A stretch of DNA of 64,000 bases. Source: a candidate division WWE3 bacterium RIFCSPHIGHO2_01_FULL_40_23. Its GTDB lineage: Bacteria > Patescibacteriota > WWE3 > UBA101185 > 2-01-FULL-41-18. Below the pieces are notes generated by a model. The model ran no database searches and had not been told where the DNA came from. It saw only the letters and a program-made list of their open reading frames with translations. Shown here piece after piece: positions 55,739-64,000 of this stretch. Each line of letters opens with the position of its first letter. Positions within the stretch are counted from its first letter, which is position 1. Location: NCBI GenBank assembly GCA_001772615.1, contig MEUZ01000001.1, positions 120,623-184,622 of the forward strand. The letters run 5' to 3'. The position numbers and the translations under genes are program-made.

Positions 55739-56896
55739 TTAGAGGAAATTAAGTCCCATTCTGTCTAAAATAAATGGTGTGAAATCTATTAACCTACCGG
55801 CTCCTATTTTCCCGGCGTTTGAAATATACACCGACTTTTCGCCATCCAGGTTCTGTCCATACCCATGCATTGCCTTAACTTCGTTGAATCCCTGAAAATG
55901 GTTGGGATAGATTAAACTGCCCTCATGAACTGCGTAAATTAAATCCCCAAATCTGTTATCCTTAAAGTTGAGGTGATACTTTTCCTTGATATCATCACTT
56001 ACAAAATAACCAAAACTTTTATCTTTTAGCGCGCCCATTATTTCCTGCTCTATTCCCCTATCTTCCAGGTAAAATCTGGCCATGGTGCTATCCAAAAACA
56101 CTTTGTACTTTTCGGACTTTGGGAGAAATTCCAACAGGTTAACTTTGTTTTTAACTTCTATCAAACCATGGTCGGACCAGATGATTATCAAGTCCTCCTC
56201 CCAGGAAAAATCACTAACAATTGACCGGATATGTTTATCCTGTTCAATTAATTTTTCCTTCAATAAAGTCACATCCGGACCGTACAAGTGGCCAAAGTAA
56301 TCTAAATCCCATAAATGCATAAAATACAAATCAGCTTCAGAGCGTTTTAAAAGGCTTTTAAAGTAGCTGGCTCGGGAAAGATCGCGATTTCTTACAAATG
56401 GTGTAAGGCGCGACTTCTCGCGGCTTGAAAAAACCAAAGGCCAGTTATACCCGATGTATATTTTGGAATTATCGTCTAAATAGTTGAATAAAGTTTTAAC
56501 TGCCAGAGCGCTTCGTTTATGATAAAACTTTTCGGGCGACTGTTTGAACTCTTTCAAAACTTTAAGGTCAACGGCCGGAGTAAAAAAATCTTTTCCAAGC
56601 GCAAAATTCAAAAGATTTATCAAATAAAAAGAATAGGGATTAGGAACTACTCTTACAATCTGATAAAAAACCTTATCCAAAAATGATCTTTGTTGATTTA
56701 AGATAAAACTGGAAAACTGGTTTGTCTCTTCGGGGTACTTTCCCGTGATAAAAGTGGAGAAAATACTGCCGTAGCCTAGCATCCCCTCACAAAAATTTAA
56801 TCCATACCGTGCCTTTAAGGAATGAAGAAACGGCATAGTTTCCGGTTTTATGTAATCGTGTCTTAGGGCGTCAACCCAGAGGATAAGAACTTTCAT
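55739..56896 (-). CDS. alkaline-phosphatase-superfamily metalloenzyme (type I phosphodiesterase/nucleotide pyrophosphatase-like)
   Basis: ILWVDALRHDYI metal-site motif near the N-terminus, later WSDHG. No CxPxR sulfatase motif. Confidence 0.55.
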   Translation of the reverse strand: MKVLILWVDALRHDYIKPETMPFLHSLKARYGLNFCEGMLGYGSIFSTFITGKYPEETNQFSSFILNQQRSFLDKVFYQIVRVVPNPYSFYLINLLNFALGKDFFTPAVDLKVLKEFKQSPEKFYHKRSALAVKTLFNYLDDNSKIYIGYNWPLVFSSREKSRLTPFVRNRDLSRASYFKSLLKRSEADLYFMHLWDLDYFGHLYGPDVTLLKEKLIEQDKHIRSIVSDFSWEEDLIIIWSDHGLIEVKNKVNLLEFLPKSEKYKVFLDSTMARFYLEDRGIEQEIMGALKDKSFGYFVSDDIKEKYHLNFKDNRFGDLIYAVHEGSLIYPNHFQGFNEVKAMHGYGQNLDGEKSVYISNAGKIGAGRLIDFTPFILDRMGLNFL

Positions 56897-58197
56897 ACAA
56901 TTTTAAGAAAAAAATAAAGTACATAGGCATTTGATAATACCCGGCTTATGATGTTCCACTCTTCTTCCGGGTTGTGAGAAGCTTCTTTTACCGGATACGT
57001 TTTTTCTAAGTAATACCGAGCTTTGCCAAGCATCTTAGGATCTATACTTTTGTCGTCTTGAATTGAGTATATTAAATAAATTAAGCTGGTAAAAATTGTT
57101 AAATCAGGCCCCCGCGGGTTTAGCAAACACTTTGGATAGAAAACCTTCCTCAAGATCCACATTCTATAAAAGTATAAAATATTCAAAAAACTCATTGCGG
57201 CATAAACTGCTGCTGTCAGCCAAAACCCTTTCAATCTGAATCTAAATCCAACATAAGGACCGTAGTACAACTCCCATAGGTCATGGTAAATGATTTCGGC
57301 CAGCCGGGGATAGTCATCAATTTTCTTCCTTACCAAACGGGAAACATAGTACTTGGTGCTTTCTCCCACAGGGATTCTATATTCCTGAAAAATCTCAAAT
57401 GGAGAAATTTTTATGGAAAAATCAGGATTTAATTTGAAATCTAAGGCTTTTTGCGCTAGGTTGGGCAAATCCGGGATTTTGGAATGCAACTCTTTAAAGT
57501 CGTCCTTGTAACATTTGTGAAAAACCCGAGCTCTTTCTCTGTATGAAGGTTTAAATTTGTCATTCAACAGAAGCAGAGCCGTAGGGATGTCTACCAGAGC
57601 TTTCCCTCCCAAATACAAAAGCCCATGTTTCTCGCTACGGGAAATAGTTCGGCGCAGAAAGTCGGTAGAGAAATAGTGCGATAGCATTGCAATCCTATTG
57701 AGCAGAACTCTTAAACCTTCTGCAAGCGGCAGGTCCTTGATCTTAAATTCAGGTATTCTGGCTAAATAATCTTTACCCCAAATTACTGCACCGGCGTTAC
57801 GCAGCTCGTAGTATCTAATCATAGGCAGGATCTTCCCCAAGTCCTCCGTCTTGAAAGCCTTAAGATCAATGTAAAAAGTGTCAGCATAATCTTCTTTTGA
57901 AAAAGAATGAAAAGGTACCCCTGTTTTCTTCAGACCAAGCTTTCCCGAAGCTTTGTTTGCAGCTTCATTCAGCCGCTTCTCGGAAACTTTGGATTCAACG
58001 ACTAAATAAATTTCAAAATCGTTCACCGGGACAAGTTTATCTCCCCTCCTTTCAAGACTTCCCTCTCCTCGCCCGAAGCCTCCTGCGAGAATAATACTTT
58101 TTATCTCGGGGAGTTCTTTCCGCAGTACTCCCACCACAATGTCCAGATATTCCCGGACACATTTGTCAGACTTAGGGCCTTGAGCTGTATATCTCAT
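56893..58197 (-). CDS. hypothetical protein with an N-terminal Pol-beta-type nucleotidyltransferase motif
   Basis: LAGGFGRGEGS...VNDFEIYLV. Confidence 0.4.
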   Translation of the reverse strand: MRYTAQGPKSDKCVREYLDIVVGVLRKELPEIKSIILAGGFGRGEGSLERRGDKLVPVNDFEIYLVVESKVSEKRLNEAANKASGKLGLKKTGVPFHSFSKEDYADTFYIDLKAFKTEDLGKILPMIRYYELRNAGAVIWGKDYLARIPEFKIKDLPLAEGLRVLLNRIAMLSHYFSTDFLRRTISRSEKHGLLYLGGKALVDIPTALLLLNDKFKPSYRERARVFHKCYKDDFKELHSKIPDLPNLAQKALDFKLNPDFSIKISPFEIFQEYRIPVGESTKYYVSRLVRKKIDDYPRLAEIIYHDLWELYYGPYVGFRFRLKGFWLTAAVYAAMSFLNILYFYRMWILRKVFYPKCLLNPRGPDLTIFTSLIYLIYSIQDDKSIDPKMLGKARYYLEKTYPVKEASHNPEEEWNIISRVLSNAYVLYFFLKIV

Positions 58198-59195
58198 AGG
58201 TAGCCATTCTTTTTATACCAGCTGACTGCCTCATTAATCCCTGCCTTTAAATCAATAGGGTTGTAATTCAGATCGGTCATTGCTTTAGTTACGTTAAACA
58301 CCCTGTTTGCGGTAATGTAATCAATGCTTTTTCTGGTTATGCCAAAATCAATCCCTGTAATGTTTTTGATTTTTTCAAAAAAGAAGGCTCCTGTGTAAGC
58401 AACAGGCAACGGTACGTGAAACCCGGAATATTTGACATTTAATTCTTTAGCTATTGTCTCAACAAGCTCATTTAATTCATAAGACCTTTTATCTGAAATG
58501 ATGTATGTTTGATTAGTGGAAGTTGTGTTCTCAATAACTCTCATAACCGCCTGGACAACGTTTGATACGTGAACAAGGGGCAGTTTGTTTTTCCCACTTC
58601 CAAAAATGGGGAATACGTGTTTCCGTATAAGTTTCATAAATTTTAAAATCGCCCGATCTACCTTCAGTATTTCGGGGTTGCTCACACCGCCTCCGTACAC
58701 CATAGAAGGGCGCAAGATGGTGAATGTAAAACCGTACTTTGACGCGTATCCTTTAACGAGAAGCTCACCTTCGTATTTGCTGCGATCGTAAGGTTGAACC
58801 GGGCGGCACTTATCTTCTTCGCTTAACACCTTGTGAGTGTTTATTCCCATCGCGTCTACACTGCTTAAATAAATAAACTTCTTTATTCCTTTGCTCTGCT
58901 TGAGAAGGTTTTCCGTGCCCGTTACATTGATTTCTTTAAACCGGTGGCCTTCGGTTTTAAGGTCTTTTACGTTTGTCAAAGCGGCGCCGTGGATCACAAC
59001 ATCTATGCCAGTACATATTCCGTTGAGGGATGCCAAGTAAGTTAAATCCGCAGTAAATTTCTCAACGTTACCAGGCAAAAAACCGGTTTGCGAACCCTTT
59101 CTTACCAGGCACCTAAGCCGATAATTCTTGGCTAAAAGAGCTTTTACCAAGTGCCTGCCGATAAAACCTCCTGCCCCTGTCAGTAGTATTTTCAT
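58194..59195 (-). CDS. NAD-dependent epimerase/dehydratase (extended SDR)
   Basis: MKILLTGAGGFIGRHL, YxxxK (YDRSKYEGE). Confidence 0.8.
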   Translation of the reverse strand: MKILLTGAGGFIGRHLVKALLAKNYRLRCLVRKGSQTGFLPGNVEKFTADLTYLASLNGICTGIDVVIHGAALTNVKDLKTEGHRFKEINVTGTENLLKQSKGIKKFIYLSSVDAMGINTHKVLSEEDKCRPVQPYDRSKYEGELLVKGYASKYGFTFTILRPSMVYGGGVSNPEILKVDRAILKFMKLIRKHVFPIFGSGKNKLPLVHVSNVVQAVMRVIENTTSTNQTYIISDKRSYELNELVETIAKELNVKYSGFHVPLPVAYTGAFFFEKIKNITGIDFGITRKSIDYITANRVFNVTKAMTDLNYNPIDLKAGINEAVSWYKKNGYL

Positions 59196-59962
59196 TCCAC
59201 TTCTCCAAAAACGAACTGATGGTGGGCAAAAACAAAACTTACTGGCCTAAATATGGGTTTTCTTTCAAGAAAGGACCATTTATCAACAAGTTCAAGACAC
59301 CTTTCAGCTTTCCTTAAATCAGTAGATCTCTTCGAGTTATAATCAACCGCAGGACTTTGCTTAAAAACGTTCCTTTTGACCTCGGCAAAAGACGCGGCGG
59401 TATCAGGCCACCACGGAATGTCAATATAACCGCTTTTTAGCGGCTTGATTCGTTCTTTTCTCATGGCGTTTTTAAGCCCTAAGATTGTCCTTAAGGCTCT
59501 GGAACCTCTTTCCGCGTGAGTACACACTTTATTTGCAAACAGGTGATATCCAAAGTGAAACACTGCCCCATAATTAAACAGGTTTGGCGTAAACACCAGT
59601 ACATATTTATTGGAGTATTTCCTCATTTGGTTAATAACTTCAGGCGTTATTTGGGCTGCAGCAAAATTCCATACCAGGTTATATTTCTTGCTACCTAAAT
59701 CGGGGACAAACTTCGGCTTCTCTTTAAACTTCCAAAGATTTTTCAGATCTAAGCTTCTGTCATAAACCGACACGTCTTTTCCTTTTTTAAGAAAAACCAA
59801 GTTGTCATACCCTTTGGTGAACGGGCACTCATACTCTAATATTGAGCTGACGATAATTTCACCTATCAAATTTTCCAGAAATTCTCCCAGCATTACCCGC
59901 TCGTAAACAGACCCCAAACCCTCATCCAACGTGTTCTCTATAATCAATTTCTTAACATTCAT
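59192..59962 (-). CDS. hypothetical protein (glycan cluster)
   Basis: ORF only. Confidence 0.35.
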   Translation of the reverse strand: MNVKKLIIENTLDEGLGSVYERVMLGEFLENLIGEIIVSSILEYECPFTKGYDNLVFLKKGKDVSVYDRSLDLKNLWKFKEKPKFVPDLGSKKYNLVWNFAAAQITPEVINQMRKYSNKYVLVFTPNLFNYGAVFHFGYHLFANKVCTHAERGSRALRTILGLKNAMRKERIKPLKSGYIDIPWWPDTAASFAEVKRNVFKQSPAVDYNSKRSTDLRKAERCLELVDKWSFLERKPIFRPVSFVFAHHQFVFGEVE

Positions 59963-59966
59963 GTTT

Positions 59967-60710
59967 TTACTTTCTAACTTTCAAAACGCAAATTTCTTTT
60001 TTAAAAGGTATTTTTGATATTACAATACCTAGCATTTTTTTGACCGGTGTTATTTTTGTGCCTTTAACCCCTAGATCTCCAAACCAGGCCTCTACCGCGC
60101 TTGCTTCCGTATAGGCTTCAATTTTGAAATTATGGTATTTAAACATTTCAATTAGAGCTTTTTTAGTGAAATGCGCCATGTGCCCGGAAATGCGATTTTC
60201 CGAAAACGCTCCATAGTTTTTTTCAAGAGAAGTGCTCCCGCTCATCATTTGAAAACCAAGAGCTAATAATACGATGTTCACCAAACTATCAGTCCTTGGA
60301 ACAGTTATTACTGCTACTCCCCCTTTCTTCAATAACCGGTATATCTCATCCACCACAAAATCCGTGTTGTAAACATGCTCCAGGGTATCCAAACATGTGA
60401 TTAAATCAAAGTATCCGCTCGCAAAAGGGGTTTCTTTGTCTTCATTTAAATCAATCTCAAAAGCATTAACACCCCTCTTTCTCGCCTCTTTTACATTCGC
60501 GACATCAACCCCATAAGCTTCTTTGGCATTCACTTTTTCGGCAATATACTTTGTCACTAAACCGTTGCTGCACCCGATATCCAAATACCTGTTAACTTCT
60601 TTGTTTCCGATAATTTTTACCGCCTTTCTGATCCTATCGTCAATATAATCATGCGGAAACTGCTCGGATATTTTTTTGTTCACGAGTGATACTTTAGATG
60701 TTGATTTCAT
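59967..60710 (-). CDS. class I SAM-dependent methyltransferase
   Basis: YLDIGCSNGLVT motif I, DLITCLDTLEHV. Confidence 0.7.
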   Translation of the reverse strand: MKSTSKVSLVNKKISEQFPHDYIDDRIRKAVKIIGNKEVNRYLDIGCSNGLVTKYIAEKVNAKEAYGVDVANVKEARKRGVNAFEIDLNEDKETPFASGYFDLITCLDTLEHVYNTDFVVDEIYRLLKKGGVAVITVPRTDSLVNIVLLALGFQMMSGSTSLEKNYGAFSENRISGHMAHFTKKALIEMFKYHNFKIEAYTEASAVEAWFGDLGVKGTKITPVKKMLGIVISKIPFKKEICVLKVRK

Positions 60711-60713
60711 TCA

Positions 60714-61628
60714 CTATTTACTGCATTTAACAACTAAGCTATATCCTTTAGAACTCAAGATATCATCTGCCAGATAAAAAGGGTAAAAGAAGGGAAAGGT
60801 GGTTACAATCGCCAACTCACTGGCAAATGAATACTTGTTTTTATTGTCTTTATTCCACTCGAAAAACTTGAGCGAATGAATAATGGAATGAGGCAGAATA
60901 GAAAAAAACTTGATATTGTAGTTAATCTTATTTATCTTAAAACCTCTTTTTTCCAGCTTTGAGACCAATTGATCCTCCGTGTAAGTCTGATAATGGGTGT
61001 ACTTTTTATCCGCCAGCTGCCGGTATTGCTTAGGGGTGCTGGCATGAGAAAGGACGGAGTTAAATAATAATTTCTTAATCTTTGGAGGGAGTTTAATCAA
61101 AACTTTTATAATCGGCATGATTTTTGGCGTGGGCACCGAGAGCACAAATATACCTTCCGGCTTTAATACTCTAAAACATTCATTAAAGGCGTTTTCTTCA
61201 TCCTTAATGTGTTCAAAGGTGGAAATGGAAAATATTTTATCAAAAGTGTTCTCTTCAAAGGGCATTTTCCCCGCGCTTGCCTCTGCATACTTTGCCCTTA
61301 ACCCCATTTTGGCAGCTCTTTCTTTCGCCTTTTTTATTGCCCCTTCCATCACATCCAACCCCGTCACATCATAACCCTGTTTAATTAAGTCATTGGTAAA
61401 AACCCCATCACCGCAGCCCACATCCAGAATTTTATCCTCATTTGCCGGTTTGAGTTCTTTAAACACTAAACGGGCCTCGTTCCTTCTTGGTGGGTAGGGG
61501 TAGCCCAGTATAGATAGAAGCAGATCCGCAGGTTTGTTTTTACCTTTAAAATCAGGAAAGTAACCAAAAGACATCGCTATATTATATACATTTTCGTAGA
61601 TTCCTATGGCTAAAGCCGTTACATCCAT
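60714..61628 (-). CDS. class I SAM-dependent methyltransferase
   Basis: ILDVGCGDGVFT motif I, FDKIFSISTFEHI. Confidence 0.7.
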   Translation of the reverse strand: MDVTALAIGIYENVYNIAMSFGYFPDFKGKNKPADLLLSILGYPYPPRRNEARLVFKELKPANEDKILDVGCGDGVFTNDLIKQGYDVTGLDVMEGAIKKAKERAAKMGLRAKYAEASAGKMPFEENTFDKIFSISTFEHIKDEENAFNECFRVLKPEGIFVLSVPTPKIMPIIKVLIKLPPKIKKLLFNSVLSHASTPKQYRQLADKKYTHYQTYTEDQLVSKLEKRGFKINKINYNIKFFSILPHSIIHSLKFFEWNKDNKNKYSFASELAIVTTFPFFYPFYLADDILSSKGYSLVVKCSK

Positions 61629-61670
61629 AATACGATTGCCCCGGAAAATGAATTATGATAGAAAAAAGTA

Positions 61671-62516
61671 ATGAAAAAGAAATTGCCCATCCTAATAGGA
61701 TTGATATTTATTGCTGGTTTAGGGTTTTTCCTGTTTAAAAAATACTCTAAGCGTCCTCCATCCCAAGATCAAACCGTCACTACGCCATCGCCCACACCAA
61801 CTAACTTATTAACTTTAGAAAGCACGCCTAAATACGAAGTGTCATCACAAAATGTAAATTACTACGGAAATGTAAATGGGTACCTTGCTAAACCTGCGCA
61901 AGATGGCACTTACCCGGGAATTGTTATGATCCATGAATGGTGGGGATTAAACGACAACATAAGAGAGATGGCAAAACTACTTGCATCGCAAGGTTACATA
62001 GTTTTAGCGGTAGATTTACACAACGGAAAAGTTGCTCAAACTGCAGATGAAGCAAGGGAGCTTACATCATCTCTAAATCAGGACGAGGCATTAAATAACA
62101 TGAAAGCGGCAAGAGAGTATTTAATAAAAGGGAACGCTGATAAAATCGCAGGACTTGGGTGGTGCTTTGGTGGCAAACAGTCACTTCAATTAGCTTTAAG
62201 CGGGGTTCCACTTGACGCAACGGTTATTTATTACGGAAGTCTTGAAACGGATCAAAATAAACTATCAAGTATAAAATGGCCTGTGCTTGGGGTCTTTGGG
62301 GGTGAAGATCAATCCATACCGGTTGATTCCGTTAAAGAGTTTGAAACGGGGTTAAAAAATCTTAAAGTTGAGAATGAAATTTACATTTATCCCAAGGTCG
62401 GTCACGCTTTTGCAAATCCTTCAAATCAAAACTACGCTCCTGAAGAAACAAAAGACGCCTGGGCTAAAACCCTTTCATTCTTGGAAAAACACCTACAGAA
62501 AACCTCCAATAAGTAG
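61671..62516 (+). CDS. dienelactone hydrolase family alpha/beta hydrolase
   Basis: GIVMIHEWWGL, GWCFGG nucleophile elbow, C-terminal GHAF. Confidence 0.7.
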   Translation: MKKKLPILIGLIFIAGLGFFLFKKYSKRPPSQDQTVTTPSPTPTNLLTLESTPKYEVSSQNVNYYGNVNGYLAKPAQDGTYPGIVMIHEWWGLNDNIREMAKLLASQGYIVLAVDLHNGKVAQTADEARELTSSLNQDEALNNMKAAREYLIKGNADKIAGLGWCFGGKQSLQLALSGVPLDATVIYYGSLETDQNKLSSIKWPVLGVFGGEDQSIPVDSVKEFETGLKNLKVENEIYIYPKVGHAFANPSNQNYAPEETKDAWAKTLSFLEKHLQKTSNK

Positions 62517-62581
62517 CATAATTTACTTCTTGTAGTGAAAAGCCGAAACTGGAATAATTGCAAAATAAACTTTGAAAGGGG

Positions 62582-63061
62582 GTGGAAAAAATGGGAAGCG
62601 GCAAAGACCTTTTGGACAAAGGCGGGAAGCTTATGGCTCTGGCGGGAGTTGCTTTCGTAGGATATGCCATAGTATTCCTCGCGCTTAACTTCTGGGGCGA
62701 AGGATTTGAACTGGGTGTGAACGAAATTAACGGAGCATCGCGACAGGATTTAATGGCCTTTAACCCGGCCGTACTCTATTACATTGGCCATCTTCACGTT
62801 GCCACGGCAGGATTTATTGCGGCAACTGGGATCACAGTAGTCATGTTATCTTGGTATGGGGTCAGACAAGGACTTAAGTGGGCATGGACGGCGGCAGTTG
62901 TTTCACCGGTTGTAGGACTGGGAGTTGCTCTGCCAATGCATTACCTTGGTCTGTTTGAGCATAACTGGATACTGCACTTAGGACCAATTTACGTTGCTAC
63001 GGCGCTATTTGTATATGGAGTTATCCTTTCGTGGAAAGGCTTAGGGAGAGAAGCGGTATAA
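62582..63061 (+). CDS. hypothetical 4-TM membrane protein
   Basis: Hydropathy only. Confidence 0.4.
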   Translation: MEKMGSGKDLLDKGGKLMALAGVAFVGYAIVFLALNFWGEGFELGVNEINGASRQDLMAFNPAVLYYIGHLHVATAGFIAATGITVVMLSWYGVRQGLKWAWTAAVVSPVVGLGVALPMHYLGLFEHNWILHLGPIYVATALFVYGVILSWKGLGREAV

Positions 63062-63226
63062 AAAATATCACACGAAAGGGTCAACACAAACATTATCAGG
63101 AAAAACCATAAAGAACGAAAGCTTCAACTTTTGATAAGTGTTCTTTTAAGTCTTTAGCTTTGTACAAAACTTTCTTATATAATCCAGCAACAAATCAACT
63201 AACCAACAAAAGAAGGAGAGACAATC

Positions 63227-63961
63227 GTGGCAACGAGAAAGTACGGAGTGAACGTTGTATCCCTCTACCCATGGTGCCTTGGCCCAAATGCCCGCGAAAG
63301 AACTATAAAGCTGGCATACAGGGCGGGCTTTAACGGAATCCAGGCTCTGCCCTTACGCGGCTGGGACCTTGCCAATGTTAAGAAATGGGAAAGGTGGGTA
63401 ATTTCGTACGAAGATGCCTGGAACTTTGGCCCGTTGTGGAAGATGCCGCTTAGGCATCTTGGCATTTTACCAACGGCGCCCACGTGGTGGGACGCACTTT
63501 TCTTTCAAAGGGCAAATTCGCCTGTAATGAAAGCTCTACCTAGCATGCACCATTGGGGAGAAGGCATTCTCACGGAAATCCATCCAGAGCTTGGGACGGA
63601 CCATCGCCTTTACATTGAGAAGGCGACTCAAGGGCACATGATGGTCTGGGACACGTATCACGTACAAAGACCATTAAGAAGCGGTGGTCCCGGCATTCAA
63701 GACTGGCCAAGGCTTTTGGGGGCGGTATGTGATGCAATCAAACTTATCCATGTACACCCTGTTGGTGATGAGGAAGGGAGTCTTCTTGCTGGAACGGGGG
63801 AAATTGCCTCAATGCTGAAAATGCTCAAGAAGTACGTGAATCCCGAAGTTCCTGTAATCCTGGAGATCACCCCAAGGATTACAACACCGACTAAGACCCG
63901 TATGAGGCTCACGAAACTTCTAAGGGCAACTCAACAATTTTTTGAGATAATCTTAAGCTGA
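63227..63961 (+). CDS. hypothetical protein (possibly a xylose-isomerase-like TIM barrel), GC-enriched (~52%), GTG start with an AAGGAGAG SD
   Basis: LAYRAGFNGIQALP, VWDTYHV, IHVHP, ILEITP patterns. Weak. Confidence 0.35.
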   Translation: MATRKYGVNVVSLYPWCLGPNARERTIKLAYRAGFNGIQALPLRGWDLANVKKWERWVISYEDAWNFGPLWKMPLRHLGILPTAPTWWDALFFQRANSPVMKALPSMHHWGEGILTEIHPELGTDHRLYIEKATQGHMMVWDTYHVQRPLRSGGPGIQDWPRLLGAVCDAIKLIHVHPVGDEEGSLLAGTGEIASMLKMLKKYVNPEVPVILEITPRITTPTKTRMRLTKLLRATQQFFEIILS

Positions 63962-64000
63962 AAGGAGAAAAACCGTGTCACTTTTGGAGATTGCCCTACT

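Noticed and set aside
55739-56896. Alkaline-phosphatase-superfamily protein considered as a formylglycine-dependent sulfatase and target of the nearby radical SAM enzyme (anSME-like pairing)
   Set aside because: No C/S-x-P-x-R sulfatase signature is present. The motif pattern fits the phosphodiesterase/pyrophosphatase branch instead.

Overview
AT-rich (~35-40% GC), gene-dense bacterial chromosome segment. Most genes have short overlaps, and there are many small hypothetical membrane or secreted proteins. That pattern is compatible with a reduced-genome, possibly CPR/Patescibacteria-like bacterium, but this is inference only.

Recognisable content by position:
- 0.1-2.7 kb: a CcdA/DsbD-type membrane thiol transporter and a standalone tandem ATP-cone protein.
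- 2.9-3.0 kb: a tRNA with anticodon UAU (probably tRNA-Ile), with a 21-nt duplicate of its 3' end 165 bp away.
- 3.4-10.7 kb (minus strand): a compact Fe-S assembly/redox operon: ArsR-like regulator, sufC, sufB, short sufD, Rieske ferredoxin, sufS, sufU, DUF1858 protein, Pf-type ferredoxin, FAD oxidoreductase and hpf.
- 11-15.2 kb: a MacAB-like efflux system (HlyD adaptor, ABC ATPase, FtsX permease) interrupted by an unknown gene.
- 16.2-22.4 kb: a one-carbon/thymidylate cluster: folD, glyA, a cytidylyltransferase-like gene, a dCMP-deaminase-like gene, a folA (DHFR)-HIT fusion and thyA.
- 23.5-30.8 kb: tRNA-Asn(GUU), a HEPN/MNT pair, a 40-nt direct repeat of the tRNA-Asn 3' end, a large serine recombinase, several unknown proteins, a terminase-small-subunit-like HTH protein, a GC-rich zinc-ribbon gene and a Nudix hydrolase. 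I read this as a putative integrated phage-satellite-like island.
- 31.7-48 kb: a variable region of hypothetical membrane/secreted proteins. It includes two inverted paralogs, a C39-like peptidase with TPR repeats, an AbiE-type toxin system, a TauE/SafE exporter, a hemerythrin and a DNRLRE/FN3 surface protein.
- 48-62.5 kb: an envelope-glycan cluster: an SDR reductase, GT-C-like membrane proteins, a GT2, a ferredoxin, a radical SAM/SPASM enzyme, a flippase-like protein, an alkaline-phosphatase-superfamily enzyme, an epimerase and two SAM methyltransferases.

A family of at least seven composite palindromic repeats (terminal GTCAT...ATGAC) is scattered through the window. One copy sits in-frame inside folD. 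Several small, strongly GC-enriched ORFs are compositional outliers.
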